A stretch of DNA of 64,000 bases. Origin: an uncultured virus (IMG/VR IMGVR_UViG_3300035670_000166) (taxonomy: Duplodnaviria > Heunggongvirae > Uroviricota > Caudoviricetes). Positions 8,344-18,043 of this stretch are shown in pieces. The notes beneath the pieces were generated by a model. It was not told the DNA's origin and searched no databases. It saw nothing but the letters and a program-made list of their open reading frames with translations. Location of the stretch: IMG/VR virus record IMGVR_UViG_3300035670_000166. One strand, 5' to 3'. Made by a program: the position numbers and the translations under genes. Every line of letters starts with the position of its first letter. Positions within the stretch are counted from its first letter, which is position 1.

Positions 8344-9105
8344 TCAGTCGCTGACGCGGCTCCACACGGCTTTGACCGCTTCCACCAGCCAGCCACGCTT
8401 GTAGCTCTTGACCTGACGAGGGGCACCATCGACGTATTGCATACGAGTCGGTGGCTCCTTGTCGAACTCCTCCCGGTAGAGCGCGGCAACCAGACGACCG
8501 ACACCCGGACCATCCCGCCGAGGCAGAGGCGACCCGGTCACCTCCAGCCAGGCATCCGAGAGCGTGAGTTCTTCGTCCTCGGGGGCTGGAGGCAGCGCGA
8601 TGGTGGAGCCTGCAGCTCGCAGCACGGTATTGCGAGTCAGATCTCGGAACAGCAGCTGATCCCGATCGTCGAGACCGCCGAACTGCTCCATGAGGATCGC
8701 AGCCCGCTCCAGCGTGGTGAGCATGGCTTCCACAGGAAGAGCCGCGAACTCAGGTGGCGTGTCCCGCACTTGAGAACCTCGAACCTCCAGCTCTTCCAGG
8801 AACCAGCCGTCCATCCAGACGGCGAAGGGAGCGCTGATCCAACGGGCTAGGTCGACAGCGACCTGGGGATGAACCCAGGTGCCTCCACCATTTCCAGCTC
8901 GTGTCTCGATCGGGCTCAAACCTCCAAAATCGGAGGTTTCAGCGAGCGCGTCGATGTACTCCTGGCATCGGTCGGTTTCGCGGTACTTAGACCACTGCCT
9001 GCCATTCGCGCGGCACATGGCCGTGGCGTTGACGTACCCATCCGTCGTACGCCGCGAGATCGGGGTGCCATTCCACGAACGGCTCTGAAGCGCTTGAATG
9101 TTCAT
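8344..9105 (-). CDS. KilA-N domain protein (antirepressor-like)
   Basis: DGYVNATAMCRANG...GGTWVHPQVAVDLARWISAPFAVW; start ATG 9105. Confidence 0.85.
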   Translation of the reverse strand: MNIQALQSRSWNGTPISRRTTDGYVNATAMCRANGRQWSKYRETDRCQEYIDALAETSDFGGLSPIETRAGNGGGTWVHPQVAVDLARWISAPFAVWMDGWFLEELEVRGSQVRDTPPEFAALPVEAMLTTLERAAILMEQFGGLDDRDQLLFRDLTRNTVLRAAGSTIALPPAPEDEELTLSDAWLEVTGSPLPRRDGPGVGRLVAALYREEFDKEPPTRMQYVDGAPRQVKSYKRGWLVEAVKAVWSRVSD

Positions 9106-9199
9106 GATCGCTTTGCGACTTGGGTGATCCGGGGCCTGGGTGTGGTTGCACCGCAGGCCCAACCAATCTAGGGGGCATCTGCAGAGCGTCCCCGTCAGG

Positions 9200-9418
9200 T
9201 CAGCGCCGAACGCCCTTCCAGTAGCGCTCTTCGGCCTTGACCTCCCACCCCTTGTACTGAGCCAGACGCGCGGAAGCCCGAGCCCGGCGCTTGCGGAGGT
9301 TCCAGTCCTCGAAGAACTGAGCGTCGTCCACCAGGCGTTGAAGCAACCCGTTCGGCAGCTTCTCTGCAATGTGGACGAGCTTCCGCAAATACCGAGCCCG
9401 GGCCTCTGACGCGCTCAA
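9200..9418 (-). CDS. Hypothetical protein
   Basis: 72 aa ORF packed directly after the AbrB-like gene. Confidence 0.5.
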   Translation of the reverse strand: MSASEARARYLRKLVHIAEKLPNGLLQRLVDDAQFFEDWNLRKRRARASARLAQYKGWEVKAEERYWKGVRR

Positions 9419-9419
9419 A

Positions 9420-9806
9420 TCAAGCCGCAGTTAGAACGACCTTCTTGACCACAGGGGCCGCCACAGGCTGCACAGGCAGGGGCACCAGCTTGATGCAGTC
9501 CTCCTCAAGGAGAATCTCAAGCTCATCTCCCGGGTTGAGGCCGAACTTCTCCGAGTAGGTCTTGCCCAGCAGGATCACACCAGACTTGTGCACTGATGTC
9601 GCAAACTGTGCGCTCTTACCCGGAGTACGCCCCAGGGGAATAGGCATGCCTTTAGCAGCAAGCAGCGAGTTGTAGAACTGCTTGACAAGTACCTGCTCAC
9701 GGCCTGTCTTAGTCACGCGGAGATAACCCGCACCACGAGCAAGCTCCATCTGGTTCATACCGTCGTTTTCTTTGACGAAGGCGATCAGGTCCGCTCCAGT
9801 CAGCAT
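9420..9806 (-). CDS. Cyanobacterial AbrB-like (cAbrB) transcriptional regulator
   Basis: MLTGADL..FVK......ELARGAGY.......FYNSLLAAKG...VHKSG.ILLGKTY....GL.PGDELEI. Confidence 0.85.
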   Translation of the reverse strand: MLTGADLIAFVKENDGMNQMELARGAGYLRVTKTGREQVLVKQFYNSLLAAKGMPIPLGRTPGKSAQFATSVHKSGVILLGKTYSEKFGLNPGDELEILLEEDCIKLVPLPVQPVAAPVVKKVVLTAA

Positions 9807-9862
9807 TGGGATAGAGAAATGGACTAACCAGGTTAGGGAGGGTGTCAGCAAAAGGAAAGCGG

Positions 9863-11815
9863 TTATTTGGCATCAGCCCAAGTTTTGCCCCATGACACCT
9901 CAGCAACGATCGGCACTTGCTGACAAACCTCAGCTCCTGCAGACTCCATCGCTTCCTTCAAGGCAGTAGCCCAATGCTCAGCCTCTTCTTCCTGAACCTC
10001 TAGAACGATCTCGTCATGCACCATTGAGATGAGCTTTGCCGTATCAGCAGGAACACCACGTAGTTTCTCCCAGATTTTACCGATAGCAATCTTGGCAATG
10101 TCTCCTGCTGTCCCTTGTACCTGCGTATTGATCCGCGTTGTGTACTTATCGTTGAACCCGTGCAGTTGGCGCCTGCGTCCAATGGCGGTGTAAACGCACT
10201 CGGATGTAGAAGTGCCTTCTTCCTGCTGCCAGTCGTAGAGACGTGGGTACGCCTCACGGAAACCGTCAACGATTTCCTTCGCTTCCGTTGGTGTCATATC
10301 CACACCGTACTGAGCAACCGCTTGCTTTCTGAGTGTGGCTGGACCCGCTCCATAGAGCAATCCAAAGTTAGCAATTTTTGCGGATGTTCTATCATCTTTA
10401 GTCACCTTGTCTTGATCTACTCCTTTCAGCCTTGCTGCTGTCTCTGTATGCAGATCTCTTCCATCTGCATACGCCTGAATCATAATTTTCTCACCGCTTA
10501 GCTCGGCCGCTACACGCAGCTCGATCTGCGAGAAGTCAGCCACCACAAGGACTTTCCCGAGATCGGCCAAGAACTTGCTGCGGAAATCTGCCGAGCGGTT
10601 CACCTGTTGCAAATTCGGAGAAGCCGCGCTCAGCCGTCCTGTATCTGTACCCATTTGCCTGTAATTGCAATGAATCCTGCCGTCAGCACCGACGGACTCG
10701 ATGAGCTTCTCAATCTGCGTGACCTGCGTCACTGATTCCTTCCAGATCAGATACTCATCAATCAGCGGGTTGGTCTTCCTTAGAAATGCCAACAAGTTCT
10801 GATCAAGGCTCAGCTTTCCCTTCTCGTTGGGCCTGAGTTTGATGCCAGCCTGCGTCATGCGAACGACCATCTGATCAGTCGACCTCGGATTGAAGCCTTT
10901 CTTTTTCTTGGTCCCAAGCCGAATCGAGCCTGTGTCCTTCTCCTGCGTGTTGAACTCGTTCGTGCCTTCGTAACGCGGCAGCCAGATCTGCGGCTCGTTC
11001 GGATTGAGTCGCCTGATCTCCGCGTCGAGGTGCTCCAGCAGAACGATCTTGAGCGCTTCGGAGTTCTCGTGCAGGGTGTCCCGCAACTTGATCGCAGGCT
11101 CCTTGTCGAACCCAAACCCATGCCACTGCATCAGGGCAATGGGCCGCAGCACCTTCATCTCGAGTGCGAACACCTCCCACAGCAGCTTTCCACTCGGCAC
11201 CCGGCTCTTCTTCAGAGCTGTTGCCAGTAGCTCCGCCAACCACGGCAAACAGAGCGCGTCACGAGCGCCGTACTCGAACATCTCAGCAGTGATCTCACCC
11301 GCCCAGTTCGCTTTCTGCAGCTCTTTGGGAAGCTCGTAATTGAGATTGCGCCTAACGATTGCACCTAAGTCGTTTTTAACACCACTACCATTATTGATTA
11401 TTTTAGCTGCAACCATCGTGTCAAAGATTGGCCCACCAAGGACGATGCCCTCTCCCATCAGAAAGTTCAGATCAAATGCAGCATTTTGCAGCACCTTGAG
11501 CTTCGGTCCCTCAAGCAGCTCCGCCAATTCACGAAGTCCTGGTGCATACCAATCCACGTAGCGACTCTCGCCACGACGGAAGCCATCGAGGTCAACAATC
11601 AGAACGGATTCTTTAGATGCGACCTGAATCAAACGCACTCGGTTGGCATGCGGGTCGAGGCCAGTTGTTTCTGTGTCAACACCCAAAGCCGTTGCAGCAA
11701 CTGCGTTCTGCCGAATCCAAATCGCCACGAGCCCGGCATCCTGCGGGCCATGGACAACGGCGAAGTCCACATCATCGAGGACTCTCTTCACACTCTCAGT
11801 AGTCAGCGTCGGCAT
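9863..11815 (-). CDS. Family A DNA polymerase (3'-5' exonuclease plus polymerase)
   Basis: ExoI DTETTG, ExoII NAAFD, TGRLS...PNLQQ, motif A DFSQIELR, motif B RTSAKIANFGLLYG, motif C VHDEIV. Confidence 0.95.
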   Translation of the reverse strand: MPTLTTESVKRVLDDVDFAVVHGPQDAGLVAIWIRQNAVAATALGVDTETTGLDPHANRVRLIQVASKESVLIVDLDGFRRGESRYVDWYAPGLRELAELLEGPKLKVLQNAAFDLNFLMGEGIVLGGPIFDTMVAAKIINNGSGVKNDLGAIVRRNLNYELPKELQKANWAGEITAEMFEYGARDALCLPWLAELLATALKKSRVPSGKLLWEVFALEMKVLRPIALMQWHGFGFDKEPAIKLRDTLHENSEALKIVLLEHLDAEIRRLNPNEPQIWLPRYEGTNEFNTQEKDTGSIRLGTKKKKGFNPRSTDQMVVRMTQAGIKLRPNEKGKLSLDQNLLAFLRKTNPLIDEYLIWKESVTQVTQIEKLIESVGADGRIHCNYRQMGTDTGRLSAASPNLQQVNRSADFRSKFLADLGKVLVVADFSQIELRVAAELSGEKIMIQAYADGRDLHTETAARLKGVDQDKVTKDDRTSAKIANFGLLYGAGPATLRKQAVAQYGVDMTPTEAKEIVDGFREAYPRLYDWQQEEGTSTSECVYTAIGRRRQLHGFNDKYTTRINTQVQGTAGDIAKIAIGKIWEKLRGVPADTAKLISMVHDEIVLEVQEEEAEHWATALKEAMESAGAEVCQQVPIVAEVSWGKTWADAK

Positions 11816-11839
11816 CGTGAAATAACTGCGATTGAGCGG

Positions 11840-12064
11840 ATGGACGACCTCTCGCTGAAATTTGCGGAGGAAGCAGCGTTACGCCAGGTTGAGGAATGCA
11901 CCGACCTCGGGGAGCTCAAGAAATTGACGAGCTCCCTGATCCGCGGTCACTTCAGCGCCAAGGCGCTGATCTGCAACCTGATGCTGCAGGGCCTCGAGGA
12001 CATGGCCCGCGACCTGCGTCATTCCTCGAACAGCGCGGAGAAGTCGTCCTCGGGTCCCTGGTAG
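11840..12064 (+). CDS. NblA-like small helical protein (candidate phycobilisome degradation adaptor)
   Basis: LSLKFAEEAALRQVEECTDLGELKKLTSSLIRGHFSAKALICNLM resembles the two-helix NblA pattern; fills the gap between the primase-helicase and the polymerase. Confidence 0.5.
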   Translation: MDDLSLKFAEEAALRQVEECTDLGELKKLTSSLIRGHFSAKALICNLMLQGLEDMARDLRHSSNSAEKSSSGPW

Positions 12065-14751
12065 TACCTCAGCTCCCTTCGAGCGGGGGGTTGAGCTTCG
12101 GATTCCTCTTTAGTGTGCTTAGAAGTGCCTTTTGGGCGCTCATCCACGAGATCGCCCTCGGGGACAGGGATCTCCTGAACAGACATCTTGACCTCATCCG
12201 GCGCGTGTCCGTTCATTCTCTGAGTAGTTTGCCCGCCAACCAAAAGCGAGTTGGTCACGTCCTCGGATGAAGAGACAACTTCCTCCCGGCACTCAGCGTG
12301 TTCTTTCAAAGATCCGTTCTCCTGCAACCGTTCTCGGGGAAGGACGGACACGAGCCTCTTCTCCATACGCAACGCGCGTGTACAGGAGGGGGGAAGCGTA
12401 TAGGAAGGGGCCGGTTTGCGCTGTCCTTCAACAGGCAGGGGCTTGCCCTGAGAGAGCACCCCGTCTTCCACCCACCGATCCAACCAGCGCTTCACCGTCT
12501 TGCTCGAGGGCGGTAAACGAAGCTGCCCGTTCATCTCCTCCACAAGGCGCTCCCAGACCTCCTTGGCGGTCATCCGGTCCTTGAGGGTCGCGCCCTCTTC
12601 GCACGCCTCCTTGACGCGGTCCTTGACGATGCGCAGCGCCATCGTGTGAGGCTCCGGAGCACCCTTCCCGTCGTCCTCGCGCCGCTCAGTCGGGGTGTAG
12701 TCCGAAACCGAGTACGCGAAGTTCTCATCGCGCTCCACCACCAGCAGGTCGCCCTGGCGCCCGAGGCGTGACTTCTTGATCGCGATCATGCGGCAGTTGG
12801 ACGGATTGCTCCCCTTCTCGCGAATCGCCTCCCGCTCGTCCTCGGTGGTCGGCCGGAGGTGCCACTGCTCATCGATGGCATTGATCAGGTAGCGGGTGCC
12901 CCTGGCGTCCCCGTGAGCGTTGTCGTGGTGGATCCAGATGAACGTCGTCGCCGGGAAGCCCCCATCAGTGGGATCCCCGTTCTTGTCGGCGTAGAAGTAC
13001 AGGGGGTGTGCGAACGCCTTGTCCTTCTCCTCGATCTGCATCTGAGTGGAGCAGGAGCCAATCGAGTCCACGACCACGAGGGCGGGCTTATACGCCTTGA
13101 TCCAGGAGACCATCTCCTGCTCGTGGTTGAGCTGCCACCCCCGCTTGACGATGAACCACTTGTCCACGGCGGGGTGGATGCCGTTGTCCTCGCAGTCACG
13201 CAGCAGCTTCGCCGGGTTCTGGTCGTTCTGAATCCAGAGGACGGTGCCCTGCTTCACCGGTAGGTCGATCCCTCGGATTCGCATGCTCTCGCCGCGCCCC
13301 ACGGCCTTGGCGAGGCCCATACAGGCCGAGGTCTTACCAAGACCGCCCGCCGCGTGGAGCATCACCTGCGTCGGCCTCATCAAGAGGTTCGGCACCAGGA
13401 AGTCCATCTTCTCGACGTTCTCCCACCACTCGGCCTTGTCGTTCTTCTCCTTCGAGCGCTTGTAGTAGCGGTACTCCTCCATCGCCGCGAGGCACTGGAC
13501 CCCGGTGAGGCGGCGCCCCGTCTCAGCCGCGAGACCCGCCATCCGGCCAATGCGAATCGCCGGGTTGGTCTCCTCGTCGTTGATCTTGATCAGTGCCTCG
13601 TGGAACTGAACCTCATCAAGCAGGAGACGCGGCACCTCCTTGACGACCTGTGCCCTGGCGTCCTCCGGGTAGTTGTACCCGAGGGCGGTGGTGATCTCCG
13701 CGACGTAGTTCTCGAGGTCCACCCCGCACGGCTTGCCCGCGTGCTTGTTGTTGGTGCGGATCTTGTGAACGAAGTCCAGCAGGTCCCCATGCACGTCGCA
13801 CGCCTTGCAATCCCAACAGCCGGACTCCATGGCAAAGGAGAAGGTGGTTCCGGACGACCCCCCGTGCCAAGGGCACCCGCACTTCATCTGAGGCTTGCTG
13901 CCGCCCGTCTCCTTCCACCCGTACTCGTCGAACACCGGGTGGTTGAACACGAGGTCGGTGAGCCGAGGCATGAGCTTCGCCTGGATCTCATCCTTGAAGA
14001 ACCAGCCCCGGATCTGCCGCGGCGGGATGATCGTGTCGCCGAGGTCCTTGACCGATTCAGCCATCTCCTCTGAGAGGAAGGCCACCGGCTTGCGGTAGGG
14101 CCGCACAGCATCGAAGATCCATCCCGGCGCCTTCGCCGGCATACCCCCGTTGTACGAGAGGAACTTGTAGCGCCGCCCTTCAGGGTGCGCCGAGCCCGGC
14201 AGCACGCTCTGGCAGTTGTTGAACCGAAGGACGACCTCTTGGTACTCCTCGCCTTCGGGCAGTGCCTCATCCCCGACAACGCGGTCCTTGTCGCCCGAGC
14301 CCGAATACCACTCGCCATCCAGCTTGAGGATCAGCGTCTTGAGGCTCGAGAGCTCATCCGTGATGTGAGACGGCAACCGATAGAGGATCTGCCTGCGGCC
14401 CTCCTTCCCCGAGGTCCAGGCCATGGTCTGCTCCTCGCCGTAGGGCTCGTACTCCTCACCGGCCAGCGCCTTGTAGCGAGCATCAGCCAGAGGCCCGTCG
14501 ATATCAAGGGCGATCAAGCCATCAGAGAAGGAGCCCGTAACGACACCGACGCCGTTGTATGCCTTGTTGGCGTTGTAAGCCTCAATGCAGAGGTCCTTCG
14601 TCAGGGGCTGTGTAGCCCATTGCTTCACGAAGGTCTTCTTGCCAGCAACCGGCACAAAGTGCCAAGCAGAAGGGAAGACGTTGTTACGCAGCAAATTGAG
14701 CGCGCTCTCCCCTTTCCAGGGAAAACCGCTTGCGTTGGTGCCATTCGTCAT
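12019..14751 (-). CDS. Bifunctional Prim-Pol primase / Zn finger / RepA-like AAA helicase
   Basis: Prim-Pol motifs PV.GKK...GVVTG...ALDIDG, SVLPGSAHP; CPWH...CKAC zinc finger; Walker A AAGGLGKT and Walker B LVVVDS, IHH. Confidence 0.9.
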   Translation of the reverse strand: MTNGTNASGFPWKGESALNLLRNNVFPSAWHFVPVAGKKTFVKQWATQPLTKDLCIEAYNANKAYNGVGVVTGSFSDGLIALDIDGPLADARYKALAGEEYEPYGEEQTMAWTSGKEGRRQILYRLPSHITDELSSLKTLILKLDGEWYSGSGDKDRVVGDEALPEGEEYQEVVLRFNNCQSVLPGSAHPEGRRYKFLSYNGGMPAKAPGWIFDAVRPYRKPVAFLSEEMAESVKDLGDTIIPPRQIRGWFFKDEIQAKLMPRLTDLVFNHPVFDEYGWKETGGSKPQMKCGCPWHGGSSGTTFSFAMESGCWDCKACDVHGDLLDFVHKIRTNNKHAGKPCGVDLENYVAEITTALGYNYPEDARAQVVKEVPRLLLDEVQFHEALIKINDEETNPAIRIGRMAGLAAETGRRLTGVQCLAAMEEYRYYKRSKEKNDKAEWWENVEKMDFLVPNLLMRPTQVMLHAAGGLGKTSACMGLAKAVGRGESMRIRGIDLPVKQGTVLWIQNDQNPAKLLRDCEDNGIHPAVDKWFIVKRGWQLNHEQEMVSWIKAYKPALVVVDSIGSCSTQMQIEEKDKAFAHPLYFYADKNGDPTDGGFPATTFIWIHHDNAHGDARGTRYLINAIDEQWHLRPTTEDEREAIREKGSNPSNCRMIAIKKSRLGRQGDLLVVERDENFAYSVSDYTPTERREDDGKGAPEPHTMALRIVKDRVKEACEEGATLKDRMTAKEVWERLVEEMNGQLRLPPSSKTVKRWLDRWVEDGVLSQGKPLPVEGQRKPAPSYTLPPSCTRALRMEKRLVSVLPRERLQENGSLKEHAECREEVVSSSEDVTNSLLVGGQTTQRMNGHAPDEVKMSVQEIPVPEGDLVDERPKGTSKHTKEESEAQPPARRELRYYQGPEDDFSALFEE

Positions 14752-14782
14752 GTAGCCTCTAGACGTAGTTGAGACACCTGAG

Positions 14783-14813
14783 AGCCCCTTCCCCCGTCAG
14801 GGAGGGGCTTTTT
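14783..14813 (+). terminator. Terminator-like hairpin in the divergent intergenic region
   Basis: AGCCCCTTCCC-CCGTCA-GGGAGGGGCT plus TTTT. Confidence 0.55.
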
Positions 14814-14944
14814 ACTGCGCTAGCGGCTCTCAGGTACTGGTCAACCTAGCCGCCTAACCAGTTCTGGGCAGCGTCCGATAAGCAAGAAGAATGTATGAAG
14901 CGTAGTAGTTAAGGCAGATATGGTATTTAGAGTCAGGACACGCC

Positions 14945-15694
14945 TTGCACGGTTCACTTTTGGAGTACACGCCCGCTAGCACCTTCAAAGAGGACGTGCC
15001 GGACTACCCCGCGATTTACGAAAAGGGACGGCGCACGTTCAAGCTGCTCTTCTCCCGCTGGATGGACACCAACTGCTGGTCCCACCCTGTGATGACCGAG
15101 CTTGCCGCCTGCGCCATGGGTGGTGTGCGCTGGCTGCACAGCTCCCAAATCAGTGGTCTGCGCCACCTCAAGACCGAAAACCCAGGACCTCGCACCTTCG
15201 TCGCGATAGAACGCCTGAACTACTACGTCTACCGATATAGCACGGAAAAGCGCCTTATTCCTGGTACGGACAGCAGCCGTCTCTACTCACAAGCATTTGC
15301 CATCACCGAGGACGGCAAGCCCCCCTCAGCCGGCTGGTTTTACGAGGTCTTCTGCGGCCTGCGCGTCCCCCAGGACATCGACCTGCGCCAAGCCTTCTTC
15401 ACCGACGCCCAGGCCGAAGACATCTCTTCCAACTGGGGCGCCCTGATCCGCAAGCTGATTCGCGACCAGGACCTCGATCTGATCACTGATCTCGACCGCA
15501 TCCTGCGCGGGTCTTACCCGGTCAAAGAGCCCGAACGCCTAACCAACACGCGCGGCGTTATCCAAAACACCTATGTCTGGAGCCCCGACGAGCTGATCTC
15601 CGAGCTTCCCGCCGTCCTAGCCCTGACAAGCGCTTTGGGAGGCCCACGTACAGAAGACGAGCTGCTACATCTACTACAAGAAAAACGCTCTTAA
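14945..15694 (+). CDS. Putative repressor-like protein with N-terminal HTH-like segment
   Basis: Divergent from the replication operon; WLHSSQISGLRH..TENPGPRTF resembles an Xre recognition helix; alternative start GTG 14996. Confidence 0.5.
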   Translation: MHGSLLEYTPASTFKEDVPDYPAIYEKGRRTFKLLFSRWMDTNCWSHPVMTELAACAMGGVRWLHSSQISGLRHLKTENPGPRTFVAIERLNYYVYRYSTEKRLIPGTDSSRLYSQAFAITEDGKPPSAGWFYEVFCGLRVPQDIDLRQAFFTDAQAEDISSNWGALIRKLIRDQDLDLITDLDRILRGSYPVKEPERLTNTRGVIQNTYVWSPDELISELPAVLALTSALGGPRTEDELLHLLQEKRS

Positions 15695-15790
15695 GCTTTG
15701 CTACAGATTTCTCACACCATCTGTAGTGCTAATCCAGCACCTAAACGCTGCATAGCCGCTACATTTGCTGTGCCGTAACCAAACGCAGCT

Positions 15791-16123
15791 TTGAACTGCT
15801 GTCGCCCTGTTCCAGTCAGCATCATTGATTGGGATTACGCCTATCTGATCGAAGTTCGCGCCTTAGGCGACAGCGCGACGCTCCTTTGTGGCACCGAGGC
15901 CGACTTCCCCGAATTCGAGGTCGCCTGCGCGTCGTTACACGCTCTGGCTCCTTTCGCCGAGCTGCACGCCGCGTGGCGCCGGACGCCCGCCGCAGTCGCT
16001 CCCCCTTTGATCCCCTACACCCGAGAACGGTCAGGTCACCGCACCTTCTGCACACGCGGTGCACTGCACGACTATCCATTCCTGGACTCAAGGGACTCGG
16101 CCAACCTTTCCGAGATCGGTTGA
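15791..16123 (+). CDS. Hypothetical protein
   Basis: 110 aa ORF co-oriented with its neighbours. Confidence 0.4.
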   Translation: MNCCRPVPVSIIDWDYAYLIEVRALGDSATLLCGTEADFPEFEVACASLHALAPFAELHAAWRRTPAAVAPPLIPYTRERSGHRTFCTRGALHDYPFLDSRDSANLSEIG

Positions 16124-16169
16124 CGGCACCCCTCGACCGAACTAGGCTGATTTCAGTTGACCAAATGCC

Positions 16170-16352
16170 TTGGGCACCAAGCACCGCCTCTACGGCGAGC
16201 TGAAGCGCAAGCGGCACCTGTACCTCACAGACACCGCCTACGAGCATTTGGTCAACCTCGCCCGGGCCACGGACGCTTCACCTTCGCAAGCATGCGAAGT
16301 GTTGGTGCGCTCGCACCTCGTCCAGGCCAAGGGCACTTCGCCCCTCACTTAA
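16170..16352 (+). CDS. Small ribbon-helix-helix-like DNA-binding protein
   Basis: KRKRHLYLTDTAYEHL..LA.....SPSQACE.LVR pattern. Confidence 0.55.
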   Translation: MGTKHRLYGELKRKRHLYLTDTAYEHLVNLARATDASPSQACEVLVRSHLVQAKGTSPLT

Positions 16353-16368
16353 GAACACCCCCTTTCCA

Positions 16369-16905
16369 ATGGCAGTCCTCGACGCAACCTTCTTTGAAGA
16401 AGTCCTCACCGAGTCCGGCGGCTCTGGTCGCTACGTCAATCTCAGCAAGATCGACGGCGAAAAGCGCTTGCGCTACATGGGCCACGGCATCTCGGGCTAC
16501 ACCGCCTGGACGACCGAAAACAAGCCCGTCCGCTGGGAACTGAAGCCCGAAGAGCTCCCCGACAACATCAAGCCCGACATGAACGGCAGCATCGCTGCTA
16601 AGAAGTTCATGGCCGGCGTCGTCTGGGACTACGACGACTCTGAGTTCAAGATCCTCGAGCTCACTCAGATCTCCGTCCTCAAGCAGCTCGCCAAGTACCT
16701 GGCTGACGAGGACTACGGCGACTGGTCGCAGTACGACATCAAGATCGCTCGCGATCAGAAAGGCGAAAAGATCACCTACACCCTGCTCGCCGCTCCGCCG
16801 AAACCGGTGAAAACCGAGATCGCCAAGCAGTACGAAACGATGCCCGAGGTCAACCTCGACGCCCTGTACGAGGGCAAGGATCCCTGGGCCGCTCCGACGG
16901 CCTGA
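16369..16905 (+). CDS. Putative ssDNA-binding / recombination protein
   Basis: Aromatic-rich beta protein (YVNLSKI, VWDY, YDIKI.R, YTL) with acidic C-terminus ending DPW; upstream of the exonuclease. Confidence 0.6.
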   Translation: MAVLDATFFEEVLTESGGSGRYVNLSKIDGEKRLRYMGHGISGYTAWTTENKPVRWELKPEELPDNIKPDMNGSIAAKKFMAGVVWDYDDSEFKILELTQISVLKQLAKYLADEDYGDWSQYDIKIARDQKGEKITYTLLAAPPKPVKTEIAKQYETMPEVNLDALYEGKDPWAAPTA

Positions 16906-16923
16906 GCTGACTGATTCATAAAC

Positions 16924-16954
16924 GGGGCGGCTTCCAACCCGCCCCTTTCTTTTT
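16924..16954 (+). terminator. Rho-independent terminator
   Basis: GGGGCGG-N8-CCGCCCC plus TTTCTTTTT. Confidence 0.7.
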
Positions 16955-16964
16955 GCACTTCGCC

Positions 16965-17645
16965 ATGTCAGTCCTCACCGAACGTCTCCGCGCCCTGCCC
17001 CGCTACGAGCTCGTGCGGCACGACGGCGAGACCCGCACTTACGACACTCCCAGCGGGCGCATGCCCTCTGTCACCACAGTGCTCTCCGGCTCCCGTGACA
17101 ACTCAGGCCTCGACGAGTGGCGCGAATCCATCGGCATCGAGCGCGCCGATCAGATCCTCAAGATCGCCTGCTTTCGCGGCACCGGCCACCACACCAACAT
17201 CGAGCGCTTTCTTACCGACGGCACCGAGCCTCGCTTCGACGCTCTGCTCACTCCGTATTGGAAGAGCAGCCGCCGCTTCCTCGACCGCATCGATAAACCC
17301 CTCCTGCTCGAGGGCGGTGTCTGGCACCCCGACGGTTACGCCGGCGCCCTGGATTGTGTCGCTTATCTCGACACGGACGATGTGCAGCCGACACTCCTCG
17401 ACTGGAAGACAGCCGACTCACCCCGCAAACCCAACAAGATCTACGAGTACTCGCTGCAGTGCGCGGCCTACGTCAACGCCGCGAACTACGTGTACGGCCA
17501 CATGGGCCTAGCGATCAAACAAGCGATGCTCGTTGTCGCTCTGCCCGACGAAGCACCGCAGATCGAAATCATCGACGAGAGCGGCCTCACTCAGTACTAC
17601 CAGCACTTCTTGGCGAGGCTTCAACGCTTCGTCTACGCGAGGTGA
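16965..17645 (+). CDS. PD-(D/E)XK exonuclease
   Basis: PSVTTVL, RGT..H..IE, YAGALD...LLDWKT, Q..AY. Confidence 0.85.
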   Translation: MSVLTERLRALPRYELVRHDGETRTYDTPSGRMPSVTTVLSGSRDNSGLDEWRESIGIERADQILKIACFRGTGHHTNIERFLTDGTEPRFDALLTPYWKSSRRFLDRIDKPLLLEGGVWHPDGYAGALDCVAYLDTDDVQPTLLDWKTADSPRKPNKIYEYSLQCAAYVNAANYVYGHMGLAIKQAMLVVALPDEAPQIEIIDESGLTQYYQHFLARLQRFVYAR

Positions 17646-18043
17646 CCGTGGCTGACGACCCCAACAAGCTCGAGGAGTATCTCGCCACCGTGCTCGCCGG
17701 CTCCTTGGTAGGTCAACTCGCTGCCGAGCGCGGTTTGCAGTACTCGGACCTTGCCCCGGGCAGCACCACGCTGCGCTCCCTCGCAAATGAACTCGCGAAC
17801 CTCGGATTCGACCCTGAGATCCTTGCGTCGCACAGCTTGAACTCGCTGGTCGCACTCTTCGCCCAGCCGAGCAACGCGGACCTGATCACAGGTCAATTCA
17901 CCGCACTGCTCTGGTCAATCCTCGGCGACCCCAAGAACGGAGGCCGCCCTCCCGAGATCTACCGCCGCGCAGGCGTGGCAATGCACCTCGCCCTGCTCGG
18001 AATCCTTGATCCCTCCATCGTCGAACGCCGCACCCGTTCATGA
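17642..18043 (+). CDS. Hypothetical protein
   Basis: GTGA overlap with the upstream stop and ATGA overlap downstream. Confidence 0.55.
   Translation: MTVADDPNKLEEYLATVLAGSLVGQLAAERGLQYSDLAPGSTTLRSLANELANLGFDPEILASHSLNSLVALFAQPSNADLITGQFTALLWSILGDPKNGGRPPEIYRRAGVAMHLALLGILDPSIVERRTRS

Noticed and set aside
9863..14751. Intein or intron in the polymerase or primase-helicase
   Set aside because: ORFs are continuous and of normal length; no intein splice motifs or large insertions recognised
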